A stretch of 64,000 nt of DNA, from the NCBI GenBank assembly GCA_965249275.1, contig CBDFLQ010000007.1, positions 57,912 to 121,911 of the forward strand, in the 5' to 3' direction. The notes beneath the pieces are model-generated. The model was not told where the DNA came from. It made no database searches and was given only the letters and a program-made list of their open reading frames with translations. The position numbers were made by a program, and so were the translations under genes. Below, in pieces: positions 1 through 9,044 of the stretch (position 1 is the first letter of the stretch; the number at the start of each line of letters is the position of its first letter). Origin of the DNA: Dehalococcoidia bacterium. Lineage in GTDB: Bacteria > Chloroflexota > Dehalococcoidia > Plut-88900.

Positions 1-896
1 ACGGGGAAGTTACTTTCGAACATGCAGCGCTCGGGTCCAAACTTCTCGATGCAGTAGTGCATGAACGGGGCCATCTCCTTGGCAGCCTCCTCGGACCCGA
101 CCGGTTTGTCGCGGGTGTGCCAGTCGAAACCGTTGTTGATCATACCCATCCCCCCAAGTTTCATGTAGACGTTCGGACACTCGGCCACGGCGGCGATGTC
201 ACGCTTCCACGTCGAAACTACCTCTTCGGACCGGGCAGCATATGGCCCAATTCGCATGAGTCCTCCTATATGGTCCGAAATTATCGTTAGGTCCGGTACG
301 GCCCGAGCCAGTGAGGCGAGTTCCGGCAGCTGGGTTGAATACATCCAGGACTCCATGGTTAGCCCGCGACTGGCCAGCACCCGGGCCCCGGCCCTATAGC
401 TGTCGCTCATCATCTGATGGGGAATCTTATAGAGCGCGGAGTTGGGTACGCTGGGATCGTCGTCCCACGTCACTGAGTGCCGGATACCCCGAAATCGATT
501 TGGACTGGCCGCTTCCAGCCTGTCCAGCACCCTTCCTACGTCTTCTCCGAGGTTTAGGTTGGCATGCCCGACTATTCCGTCGGCCACGCGGCAAGGGCCG
601 TATAGCCCGCTCGCGCTAGCCGCTGCGAGACCCTGGGCAAACTCAATCTCTCCGACGGGCCGCATCTCTTCCGGTGCGTTGGCCCGGTACATGGCCCGGG
701 CCTCGACGAAGACTGTTGCCACTATGTTGTGCCCAGAGCTTATATCGTCCAATAGCTCGGGGAGTAGATAGCGCTGGTAGGGCATCCTTTCTATCTTGTA
801 GTCCCAGAAGTGATGGTGGGGGTCGATGATTGGGAGGTCGGGTTCCAGGGTCGGTTCCGGGGTAAGGGCGAGCCAGTCGTTGCTTCCGAAGGGCAT
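1..896 (-). CDS. Amidohydrolase-2 family metal-dependent hydrolase (PF04909-like); C-terminus cut by window edge
   Basis: Not in the ORF track because it runs off the edge. My translation of the minus strand from ATG 896..894 (GGAGG at 904-908) gives MPFGSNDWLALTPEPTLEPDLPIIDPHHHFWDY...IISDHIGG...CMFESNFPV with no stops. The HHHFW N-terminal metal motif is typical of this family. Confidence 0.8.
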   Translation of the reverse strand, partial: MPFGSNDWLALTPEPTLEPDLPIIDPHHHFWDYKIERMPYQRYLLPELLDDISSGHNIVATVFVEARAMYRANAPEEMRPVGEIEFAQGLAAASASGLYGPCRVADGIVGHANLNLGEDVGRVLDRLEAASPNRFRGIRHSVTWDDDPSVPNSALYKIPHQMMSDSYRAGARVLASRGLTMESWMYSTQLPELASLARAVPDLTIISDHIGGLMRIGPYAARSEEVVSTWKRDIAAVAECPNVYMKLGGMGMINNGFDWHTRDKPVGSEEAAKEMAPFMHYCIEKFGPERCMFESNFP

Positions 897-959
897 GGGT
901 TATCCTCCGAGGTGGGGTGCGGTCGGGACTCATGATACCAGACCTGACGAAGGTCTCGG

Positions 960-2207
960 TCAGGTGTCTCGAGTCTCTCTGACCATGAGAACGATGGGTA
1001 CCAGGAGAGCGGCGACGGCTGCCGTCATCAGGAAGCCGGGCCCGAGGGATGAGTAGGAATCTCGCAGCTCACCCATGATGTAGGGTCCGAAGAATCCGCC
1101 TACCTCCGCCGCGGCGAAGAACATTCCCGCCGCCACTCCCATCTTCGCCGCCCCGACACCCCGCGTCTCCATCAGCAACAGCGAGCACATCGGCAGCATC
1201 GGTTGTGCGGCAAAGGTAAGCGCCATCAACGCAGCCACGGCTCCGGCGCCGGGAAGGAATACCATTGACGTGGCTGCGACCGCGCAGACCACGAGCTGTA
1301 GACTCGTCATCGGGACTCGGTATCCTCGCTTTACGAAACCCGGTATGGCCAGCAGTCCGGTGAGCCCTACCCCAGTCGCGAGCGCAGCCCACAACCCTCC
1401 CGCATCCAGCGACATCCCTTTCTCCTCCAGGAAAGCGGGAGCCCAGCTTGAGTTGCCAACGTGCACAACGAAAGTTCCCATAGCGAGAATCAGGATGATT
1501 TTTACATTCCTCAATCGGAGCAGGGACGTGAACTCCTTCAGAGCTAGAGAGCGGGTGGCCAGATGCGTGCTGGTGGCGCGGGTCTCTGGTTCCCTCGCAA
1601 ATAGGACCCAGGCCACGAGGATGAGTGCGACTAGAATGCCGTAGACCAGGGAGATGCCTCGCCAGGACCCTGTCAGGGGCTCGACCACCGTGTTGGCGGT
1701 GGCGAAAGCCAGGCTGATACCCGATGCCGGACCCGTTGAGTAGATTCCCGTGGCAATGCCGCGCTCTCGGCCTTCGAACCAGACGGATACCAGTTTCGGG
1801 GAGCCCACCGAGATCAGCGGCCCGCCGAACCCGAACAGGCCCACGGTGAAGAACAGCTGGAGGAAGTTCTGGGAGAGGCCGCGCGCGATCAGTGAAAGCA
1901 GAATTATCAGGATCCCCAATCCCAGCGACTTACGCAGCCCCAGCCTGTCTACTAACAGGCCCACAACGGGCGCAAAGAAGATGTATACGACATGCCAGCT
2001 CCCGTGCACCAGCCCCATCTGTGCCGAGTTCATGTTGAGCTCTTCCTGGATCGGCGTGACGAGAGGTGAGATAGTCCCGAAGGTCAGGCCGAAGGAGAAG
2101 TAGAGAGACCAGCACAGGCCGACCATAAGCCAACGGGCTCGGGGCTTGGACGCGGGCACGGGATAGGGGGAAACTGCCGCAGCGGGGACGGGGGGAGATG
2201 GAGGCAT
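960..2207 (-). CDS. MFS transporter
   Basis: 415-aa ORF made of many Gly/Ala-rich hydrophobic helices. Family call rests on overall resemblance. Confidence 0.75.
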   Translation of the reverse strand: MPPSPPVPAAAVSPYPVPASKPRARWLMVGLCWSLYFSFGLTFGTISPLVTPIQEELNMNSAQMGLVHGSWHVVYIFFAPVVGLLVDRLGLRKSLGLGILIILLSLIARGLSQNFLQLFFTVGLFGFGGPLISVGSPKLVSVWFEGRERGIATGIYSTGPASGISLAFATANTVVEPLTGSWRGISLVYGILVALILVAWVLFAREPETRATSTHLATRSLALKEFTSLLRLRNVKIILILAMGTFVVHVGNSSWAPAFLEEKGMSLDAGGLWAALATGVGLTGLLAIPGFVKRGYRVPMTSLQLVVCAVAATSMVFLPGAGAVAALMALTFAAQPMLPMCSLLLMETRGVGAAKMGVAAGMFFAAAEVGGFFGPYIMGELRDSYSSLGPGFLMTAAVAALLVPIVLMVRETRDT

Positions 2208-2364
2208 GGGAATAAGATAGTAACAGGGGTGGAATAGGTAGTCTATGAGGCGGTTGGGGTGGAGGATTGGGCGGAGCTATATCTGATATGATGCTCGCTG
2301 TTCACTTGAAAACGTGTGAATTCGCACAAGGTTCCACGCTGGTCATGCCTGAGGAGGTTACATA

Positions 2365-3045
2365 ATGCTAACGTACAAGAATCGGGACATCCCCGAGACC
2401 TTCGCCGAGATAGTCGACCCGAAACACACTGCCCTAATCGTCCACGAGATGCTCAACGATTTCCTGAACCCCAACGGGGAGTTCGCAAGGACCATCCCCG
2501 ACAACCCCCTGGTGAAATGCATGCCCGATCAGGTCGGGCCCCTGATCAACCTGGTCAACGAGGCCCGGGCAGCCGGTGTGAAGGTCATATACGTCGGCTG
2601 GACGAACTACCCCGACAACAGCACCCGTGCGGACCCCGAGATCCGGCTCGCCTACGATCAGATCATGGACGGGACCTACGTCATGCAGCGGTGCCTGATG
2701 GAAAACACCTGGGGCCACGACGTGATAGACGAACTCAAGCCCGCGCCCGGAGACCTTGTGATCAACAAGTACAAGCGTGACGCCTTCGCCGGGACCAGCC
2801 TTGAGGCCATCCTCCAGTGGAACCGGATAAAGACCTTCATCATCGTTGGGATTGGGGTCCACGTCGGGATCATCCCGACGGTCAGCAACGGGATGAACAA
2901 AGGTTACTTCACGGTTACTCCCGAGGACTGCATGGTCTCCCACGAGCGTGACTGGGTGGAGACTTCCATGAAGTTCTTCAGGATGTGGGGCTTCACCAAC
3001 CCGTCCTCCGACATCATCGCCGCCTGGAAGGGTGAGGGGAACTAG
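2365..3045 (+). CDS. Isochorismatase-family cysteine hydrolase
   Basis: 226 aa. GAGGAGG lies upstream of the ATG. The N-terminus ...KHTALIVHEMLNDF... and layout are typical of isochorismatase-like hydrolases. Confidence 0.75.
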   Translation: MLTYKNRDIPETFAEIVDPKHTALIVHEMLNDFLNPNGEFARTIPDNPLVKCMPDQVGPLINLVNEARAAGVKVIYVGWTNYPDNSTRADPEIRLAYDQIMDGTYVMQRCLMENTWGHDVIDELKPAPGDLVINKYKRDAFAGTSLEAILQWNRIKTFIIVGIGVHVGIIPTVSNGMNKGYFTVTPEDCMVSHERDWVETSMKFFRMWGFTNPSSDIIAAWKGEGN

Positions 3046-4649
3046 GCGGAATGTGACGCCTCTCCCTCGAGCATAGTCTTCAGGACGTCGTTCGTGCCGA
3101 CGGAGCCGAGAAGCGCTCCGGACTCGCGGTCGACCACCGGGAAGACCGTGACGGCGTGCTCCGCCATCTGCTCCAGGAAGTCGTCGAGGGGTTCGTCGGG
3201 GTAAGTGACGACGGGCCTGCGATTCACCAGGCTTCCGATGCGGATGTTCGGCCAGGTATTTTGCGGCAAGCGGCGTACCCTGCGAAGTGAAAGAGTGCCG
3301 GCCAACTTCCCTTGGTCCTCGGTTACTACGTAGTCCTGTCGCTCATGTCCTGCCCACAGCTCCATGAACTGCTGCACCGTCAGGTTGGCATTTGCGAAGC
3401 GCCGTCCCTTCTCCAGAATGTTGTTGACGGTGAGACCCTGGAGAGAGAATCGGGCGAAGGAAGGCACGATTGAGGTCGGGAGGGTTGCCTGCCGGGTTTC
3501 GTCGGTTCTCCTGATAGCCAGTCCCATGATTGGAGGCACCGCGAATATAAAACCGATCATGAGGAGCGTTAGCAGGGAGAACATCTCCCGCGAAATCACT
3601 TCGTTTTCCAGGAGAATGTGAAGGAAAGCTATTTCGATCACTCCTTTACCCATGATGCCGGAAGCCACCGCGAATCGACGCGACAATCGGGCCACCGTGA
3701 CTCCCATCAAAGACCCTGCGGCTTTGGCAAATATCACCACTGGGATGACGGTTGCGAGGGTCGAGGCGGGCAAATTCGTGAAGGAAAGGTCCACTTGAGT
3801 CCCGGCGGAAGCGAAGAACAAGGGGATGAATACGCCTTGGGACAGGCCGCGAATCGAGGGCAGGATTTCGTTACGGAGTCGGCGGGGAAGGCCCGAGTTG
3901 ACCATGCCGAATACCAGGGCGGCCAGTGCCTCGTCCATCCCGATCTCATGGGCGCCCCATACCACTATGAACAGGCTGCCTACCATAAGTGCAGAGGCAA
4001 GCTGGGGCGCTCCGATAATCCTTCTCAAGGAGACAAGGACCCGCGGTACAACCTTCGCTGAGAGCACCCATGACGCAACTACAAACAGAATGATCTCTCC
4101 GAGCAAGACCACTATTTTCCAGCCCCCCAGCCCGCCGGGATGCGACGATTCCTCTAGCGCGAAACCCGCAACCAGCAGGCCGACAATCTCGACAATTACC
4201 ACGGTAGTGAAGATTTCCAGGCCAACTGAGTCTTTCAACTTGCCGAGGTCTCCCAGCACGCGGGCGGCTATGCCCAGGCTCGAGAGTCCCATCAGGGAGG
4301 CCAAAGTGACGGCGTTGGGTACGGATAGGTCTATCACGTAGAGAAAGACCACCAGGTTGGCGGTAAATGGGACGGCGAAGCTGATGAGAGCGGCGACGAA
4401 GAAGCGGCCACGCAGGGTCCCGATGAAGCCGGATATGTCTATCTCATCGATTCCGATGAGGAAGAAAAGAAAGAGAACCCCGACTTCGAAGAAGAGCTTG
4501 GCTTCCTCGCCGGGCTCAAACCAGATGCCCAATATGATGCCCACGACGAGGTAGGCCAGGAGGGAGCTCTGTTTGAAGCGGACAGCCGCGCCCTCCAGCA
4601 GTTTGGCGCATACGAGGACGAGGCCAATGATCAGGAAATCGCTGGTCAT
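3042..4649 (-). CDS. Cation:proton antiporter (CPA2/Kef-like) with C-terminal CBS-pair domain
   Basis: 535 aa. About 11-12 TM helices (MTSDFLIIGLVLVCAKLLEG...) are followed by a soluble tail resembling a CBS pair (VTVFPVVDRESGALLGSVGTNDVL). Confidence 0.8.
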   Translation of the reverse strand: MTSDFLIIGLVLVCAKLLEGAAVRFKQSSLLAYLVVGIILGIWFEPGEEAKLFFEVGVLFLFFLIGIDEIDISGFIGTLRGRFFVAALISFAVPFTANLVVFLYVIDLSVPNAVTLASLMGLSSLGIAARVLGDLGKLKDSVGLEIFTTVVIVEIVGLLVAGFALEESSHPGGLGGWKIVVLLGEIILFVVASWVLSAKVVPRVLVSLRRIIGAPQLASALMVGSLFIVVWGAHEIGMDEALAALVFGMVNSGLPRRLRNEILPSIRGLSQGVFIPLFFASAGTQVDLSFTNLPASTLATVIPVVIFAKAAGSLMGVTVARLSRRFAVASGIMGKGVIEIAFLHILLENEVISREMFSLLTLLMIGFIFAVPPIMGLAIRRTDETRQATLPTSIVPSFARFSLQGLTVNNILEKGRRFANANLTVQQFMELWAGHERQDYVVTEDQGKLAGTLSLRRVRRLPQNTWPNIRIGSLVNRRPVVTYPDEPLDDFLEQMAEHAVTVFPVVDRESGALLGSVGTNDVLKTMLEGEASHSA

Positions 4650-5560
4650 GCTGTGAGGCGGGGCAATGCAGCAGCGAGCGCCTTAATGTGGTCGGGCGTT
4701 GTGCCGCAGCACCCACCTATGGCCCGCGCTCCGAGCCCACTCCACTCCTTGGCGTAATCCAGGTATTCCTCGGGGGACATAGACTCTTCAAAGTCCCATC
4801 CCACGCCTTGATACACGGCGCCCTGTGCGTAGGCGCCTATTGGCATATTGTGATGTCCGGCCAGCTCCCTGAGGGCAGCCGTGACGTACGGGGCCTGGCA
4901 GCAGTTGAGGAATAGCACCGAGGCGCTCGCATCTCTAACGGCGGCCTGAGCGTCCAGGATGCTTTCCCCTGACTTGACTCTGCCTTCCTCGTCGACCACG
5001 AATCCGGCCCAGGCAGGCATCCCGGCCTCAACGGCGGCCTTAACCCCCGCGACGGCCTCGTGGATTTTGGTGCATGTCTCGACGAGGATTACGTCGACAC
5101 CCGCTTGAGCCAGGACACGGACCTGCTCCCGATAGGCGGACAAGCATTCGTCGTATGGGAGGACGGCATCTGGGTTGTAGGACTGGCTGAGGGGGCCCAG
5201 GGAGCCAGCGACGATCACTTCACGGTCGGGCGCTGCAGCCCGAGCCTCAAGGGCGGCCTTTGCGGCCAGCTCGTTGAGTCGTACCACCTCGGCCTCGGCC
5301 TTCGCCTTGGAGATCCAGCCGATGTGGGTCAGCTTACCGACGTTGCAGTTATAAGTGTTGGTAATTGTTACTTCGGCCCCGGCACGGATGAAGTCTTCGT
5401 GGATCTCCCGGATGCCTTCCGGGGACTCCAGCATCGCCGCTACCGAGAGCTCCGACGACCCTGCGGCGATGCCATGCCTTTTGATCTCGGTGCCCATTCC
5501 GCCGTCGAGGATGACGGCGTCGCCCCGGGCCAGTTTGGCGGTCAACGCAGCGAGGCTCAT
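4646..5560 (-). CDS. Homocysteine S-methyltransferase family protein
   Basis: 304 aa. It has ILDGGMGTE at the N-terminus and the GGCCGTTPDHI zinc-binding motif near the C-terminus. There is a 4-nt overlap with the downstream antiporter gene. Confidence 0.85.
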   Translation of the reverse strand: MSLAALTAKLARGDAVILDGGMGTEIKRHGIAAGSSELSVAAMLESPEGIREIHEDFIRAGAEVTITNTYNCNVGKLTHIGWISKAKAEAEVVRLNELAAKAALEARAAAPDREVIVAGSLGPLSQSYNPDAVLPYDECLSAYREQVRVLAQAGVDVILVETCTKIHEAVAGVKAAVEAGMPAWAGFVVDEEGRVKSGESILDAQAAVRDASASVLFLNCCQAPYVTAALRELAGHHNMPIGAYAQGAVYQGVGWDFEESMSPEEYLDYAKEWSGLGARAIGGCCGTTPDHIKALAAALPRLTA

Positions 5561-5578
5561 TCCGGCACCCCCTATGTG

Positions 5579-6274
5579 CTACTCTCTCATCCCTTCCAGT
5601 ACGGTCGCGACACCCTTCTGCAGGTCCTCGAACACCTCGCGGACGCTGCGTCGCGCGTCAATCGTCTCAAACTCGTACTGTTTGGAGAGGCTGCGAAATT
5701 CCTCGATGAGCGACTCCTGGTAGCGGACGAAGCTGGCGTAACGATCGGGCTCCCGAAGGAAGTCGTGCCCCGACTCCCAGTGATCGAGCTCACGGTTTGC
5801 CATGACGCGGGGAATCAGGTGTTCCAAGTCCACGTCCAAGAAATAGATTTTATCCGGTACCATTGCGAACTCCATCACGTCGTCGAGCCATTGGGGGGGG
5901 ACGCCTCGAACCCTGGCACGCGCCATAATTGAGAAGATGTAGCGGTCGCCCAGGATGACCATGCCGGCCTCAAGCGCCGGCAATATGCTCCTCTCCATTC
6001 GGTCCCAGAAATCGGTAGCGTAGAAGAGGTTGAGGGTAAGGTAGTCAAGGATATGCCCCCGCTTGGCGCGGTCTATCCCGCTGCCCGTGAGCGAGGAGCG
6101 CCTGAATCCCGTGTCGGAAACGGCAAAACCCTCCGTCTCCAGCCATTCCTTGAGCAGCGCTATCTGGGTGGACCGCCCGACACCGTCGGTTCCTTCGATT
6201 ACGATGAGGCGGCCCGGCAGCGGTTTCTCCCCCAGCTTGAGGGGTGTGTGACCATAGAACGTTGGAATCTTCAT
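5579..6274 (-). CDS. Thymidylate-kinase-like protein with atypical P-loop (GVGRST)
   Basis: 231 aa. It has LIVIEGTDGVGRSTQ and a GDRYIFS (DRY) motif. The Arg codon CGG at the Walker-A Lys position was read directly from the DNA. Confidence 0.75.
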   Translation of the reverse strand: MKIPTFYGHTPLKLGEKPLPGRLIVIEGTDGVGRSTQIALLKEWLETEGFAVSDTGFRRSSLTGSGIDRAKRGHILDYLTLNLFYATDFWDRMERSILPALEAGMVILGDRYIFSIMARARVRGVPPQWLDDVMEFAMVPDKIYFLDVDLEHLIPRVMANRELDHWESGHDFLREPDRYASFVRYQESLIEEFRSLSKQYEFETIDARRSVREVFEDLQKGVATVLEGMRE

Positions 6275-6323
6275 CAGCGTATCCTCGTAGCGTTCTGATC
6301 GCGCAGGTGGATTTGGCGGGAGG

Positions 6324-7148
6324 CTAGCCCTCGGTAAGAATGGGATCGGTCAGACGCTGGTATCCAGTGGGCGGCAAGTAGCGGCCTGTTAACCCGGTGC
6401 TGGACAGGGCGTCAGGTACGCTGTGGCTGTCGAATTGCATGATTCCCGGGAGCAGGGGCTCGACGTACTTTCTGACCTTTTGCTGCTGCGCGGCTATTGT
6501 CTGAGTGGCGTCTATGGTTACTAGGCCGTACTCATCCGTGAGCCTGCCGTATTCCTCCAGGAGACGGCCCTGGAACTTGCGGAAAGACTCCTCTCGGCTG
6601 GAGGAGAGCCCCAAGTCCTGCCCCGACTCATAGAAGCCAAGCTGGTCGCGGCCTGTGACTATCCGGCGGATCGATTCCTCCAGGGGGACCTTGAAATAGA
6701 ATGCCAGGGAGGGTCGGATGGCGAAGGAATAGACGCGGCGCAGCCAGTCTCCGTTGACCCCGCGGGCTGTGTCCCTGGCAAGGGCGGTGTAGACATAACG
6801 GTCAGCCAGAACTATGGTGCCCGACTTCAGGGCGGGTATAACCTGCGTGTAGACGCGGTTGGCGAAGTCAGCGGCGTGGATCAAGCTGAAGGACATGGGA
6901 GTCAGCATTCTCTCCTGCTTGCCCCGTTTGGTAGTCCGCTTGACGATTGGTGAGGAGTTCCACTCCGTGAAAATAGTGACGTAACCAAGCCGCTTCAGCC
7001 ATTTGCCCAGCAGATCAATCTGGGTGCTCTTGCCGGAGCCGTCTATGCCCTCGACGATGATCAGGCGGCCAGGGTACTTGCCATCTTGTGGATGATTCCC
7101 GTACCTCTGGCCCATTTGGAAGTTCGCGCTCAGGTCGTTATCCGTCAT
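6324..7148 (-). CDS. Thymidylate-kinase-like protein with canonical P-loop
   Basis: It has LIIVEGIDGSGKSTQ and an ADRYVYT motif. I prefer the ATG at 7148 (MTDNDLS...), 2 nt after the upstream stop, over the track's 7310 start, which overlaps the ppx-like gene. Confidence 0.75.
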   Translation of the reverse strand: MTDNDLSANFQMGQRYGNHPQDGKYPGRLIIVEGIDGSGKSTQIDLLGKWLKRLGYVTIFTEWNSSPIVKRTTKRGKQERMLTPMSFSLIHAADFANRVYTQVIPALKSGTIVLADRYVYTALARDTARGVNGDWLRRVYSFAIRPSLAFYFKVPLEESIRRIVTGRDQLGFYESGQDLGLSSSREESFRKFQGRLLEEYGRLTDEYGLVTIDATQTIAAQQQKVRKYVEPLLPGIMQFDSHSVPDALSSTGLTGRYLPPTGYQRLTDPILTEG

Positions 7149-7150
7149 CT

Positions 7151-8773
7151 CTACCCTCGTACGATGTGCAAAGGTTGGTTGAACTCTGCATTCCAGCGTT
7201 CCTGAAGATGGGGGGCCGAGGCCCGGGCCCATGCCGGAGTTACTATGGTGGCTACTTCCTCCCCGGAAGCATTCGTAGCCCCGCTTTTCTCCGGCGAGAT
7301 GGTAACACATTCCGGCGAAACATCAGGCGGCAAACGGCGCTCGATTTCGTCGGTAACCAGCAGGATGGCAGCTGCCTGTCCTACGAACCGCTTGTCAGTG
7401 GGTGTCAACGCATCCGAACGTAGGAAGGGCTCTATAAGAATCTTGTCCTCGGCAGCCAAGAGAATTGCGGCTATCTGGGCGCACTCCCTGTGGGTAAACC
7501 CTGGCAAATCGGACCGGGTGACCAGGGCGGCCGCCCTGTCGTAGCGGTTGTAGAAATCAATTGAGCTGCCTACGTCCAGAAGAAGGGCAGCGCACCTGAG
7601 AGACGAGGTTAGACGGCGGTGGCGGCCCTGCCATACGGCCTCTGCGATACGGCCACTGATGTTGGCCCTCCGTGCCCCGCGCCGGGAGAACCGAGGAGCG
7701 AAGCGCTGGGTCAGGTCGCGTAGGCCCTCGGATCGGATCTTGGAGCGTTTCGGCAGAGAGATAGTCTTGCCCGTTGGTATAGGGCTTGGATGCCGAGCCA
7801 GACCCTCCCGCAACCCCTGCCCCGATACGACTATCCCCTTGGCTCCCGTGTGGGATATAAGAGTTTGTGCTATCAACGCACCCCCAACTATGGAGTGGGT
7901 CCGCCTGCGGTTCATGCCGGGTATGAGGGCCCTTTCCTCCCTGGTTGAAGAGGTCATCATATCCATGAGAATTGCGAGTCCGTCGGGGCTTATGTAGTAG
8001 CCGTGCATTTTGGGTACGGGATGGGCAGTCCGGCGGCGGTCCAGCTTGGCTAGGAGCCGCATCGAGCCCCCGGACCCGACCAGCGCTCCACCCTTGGGGA
8101 GAGGCGGGATTTTGGCCTCGGAGAAAAGGTCTGCGGCGTGTCGGGCGGCCGCTGCGAGGTCATTCGGTGAGGGTTTGTCCGTCAGCCGGAACAGGTTGGC
8201 GAAACGCAAGCTCCCGAGCCGCAGGGAGTCTAGAGTCTTCAGAGAACGACGGGCGAACTGCACTATCTCGGTGCTGCCGCCTCCCAGGTCCGCGAGGAGA
8301 CCCCGGGCCACGGGCAGCCCGTGAATGGCACCGATGAAGCAGTAAGCGGCCTCCTCATATCCCTCGATTATCCGAAATGCGACGCCGTGCTTTTTGGTCG
8401 CGGCCTCAGTCACCTGGGAGGAGTTGAGGGATTCCCGCAAGGCCGCAGTTCCCACGCCGTGGACTTCCTTGATGCCGTATCCCGAGCAGACTTGGGCAAA
8501 GTCCTCGATGGCGTCTATTACCCCTGCGACACCTTCTGAGTCCAGAGTCCCGTCGGCGTCGACGTGAGACATCAGGTTTAGGTTCAGTACCTGCTGGGCT
8601 ATTGGTTCTATGCCCCCGCCGGGATTCAGGCGAATTATCTCGGCCCTGGCCGAGCCGGACCCTATGTCGATAACTGCGGTCAGGGAGTCGTTGGATAAAG
8701 GAGTCGGGCCATGCGCCTCGGGGTAGAGGTCATGACGCGGCCGAGTTTGGAAGGATCGGAGTTCAGGAACCAA
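7151..8773 (-). CDS. Ppx/GppA-family phosphatase (exopolyphosphatase / pppGpp phosphohydrolase family) with C-terminal HD-like region
   Basis: 540 aa. It has the VIDIGSGSARAEI actin-like ATPase motif and ADLGGGSTEI. The start is TTG, and the exact start is uncertain. Confidence 0.8.
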   Translation of the reverse strand: MVPELRSFQTRPRHDLYPEAHGPTPLSNDSLTAVIDIGSGSARAEIIRLNPGGGIEPIAQQVLNLNLMSHVDADGTLDSEGVAGVIDAIEDFAQVCSGYGIKEVHGVGTAALRESLNSSQVTEAATKKHGVAFRIIEGYEEAAYCFIGAIHGLPVARGLLADLGGGSTEIVQFARRSLKTLDSLRLGSLRFANLFRLTDKPSPNDLAAAARHAADLFSEAKIPPLPKGGALVGSGGSMRLLAKLDRRRTAHPVPKMHGYYISPDGLAILMDMMTSSTREERALIPGMNRRRTHSIVGGALIAQTLISHTGAKGIVVSGQGLREGLARHPSPIPTGKTISLPKRSKIRSEGLRDLTQRFAPRFSRRGARRANISGRIAEAVWQGRHRRLTSSLRCAALLLDVGSSIDFYNRYDRAAALVTRSDLPGFTHRECAQIAAILLAAEDKILIEPFLRSDALTPTDKRFVGQAAAILLVTDEIERRLPPDVSPECVTISPEKSGATNASGEEVATIVTPAWARASAPHLQERWNAEFNQPLHIVRG

Positions 8774-9044
8774 GACGCTGCAGTTTTCTCAGAAGGCTTG
8801 TTCCTTGTCAAACACAGAATGGCGGGCATGCGAGCAGTGCTCAGGTAAAGGCGCGGGTTTCAGTTCCGATGATAATACAGGCCTTCAAAGGGGCGCAACG
8901 TGTCGCGGGACATCCCCCTGCTCCCGAAATCATCGTCTTGCCCTTTATCGTTGTACACCTAGCGGTCGATGTCATTCATCTACGCTAATTCAGTACAATG
9001 CCCATAAATGTATTAGTTCAAACATGGCATAGGCATATGACTCT

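Noticed and set aside
7149-7310. N-terminal 54-codon extension of the first Tmk-like ORF (track start 7310).
   Set aside because: The extension overlaps the 3' end of the ppx/gppA-family gene and is Gly/Ser/Pro-rich. An ATG at 7148, 2 nt after the upstream stop, gives a sensible N-terminus.
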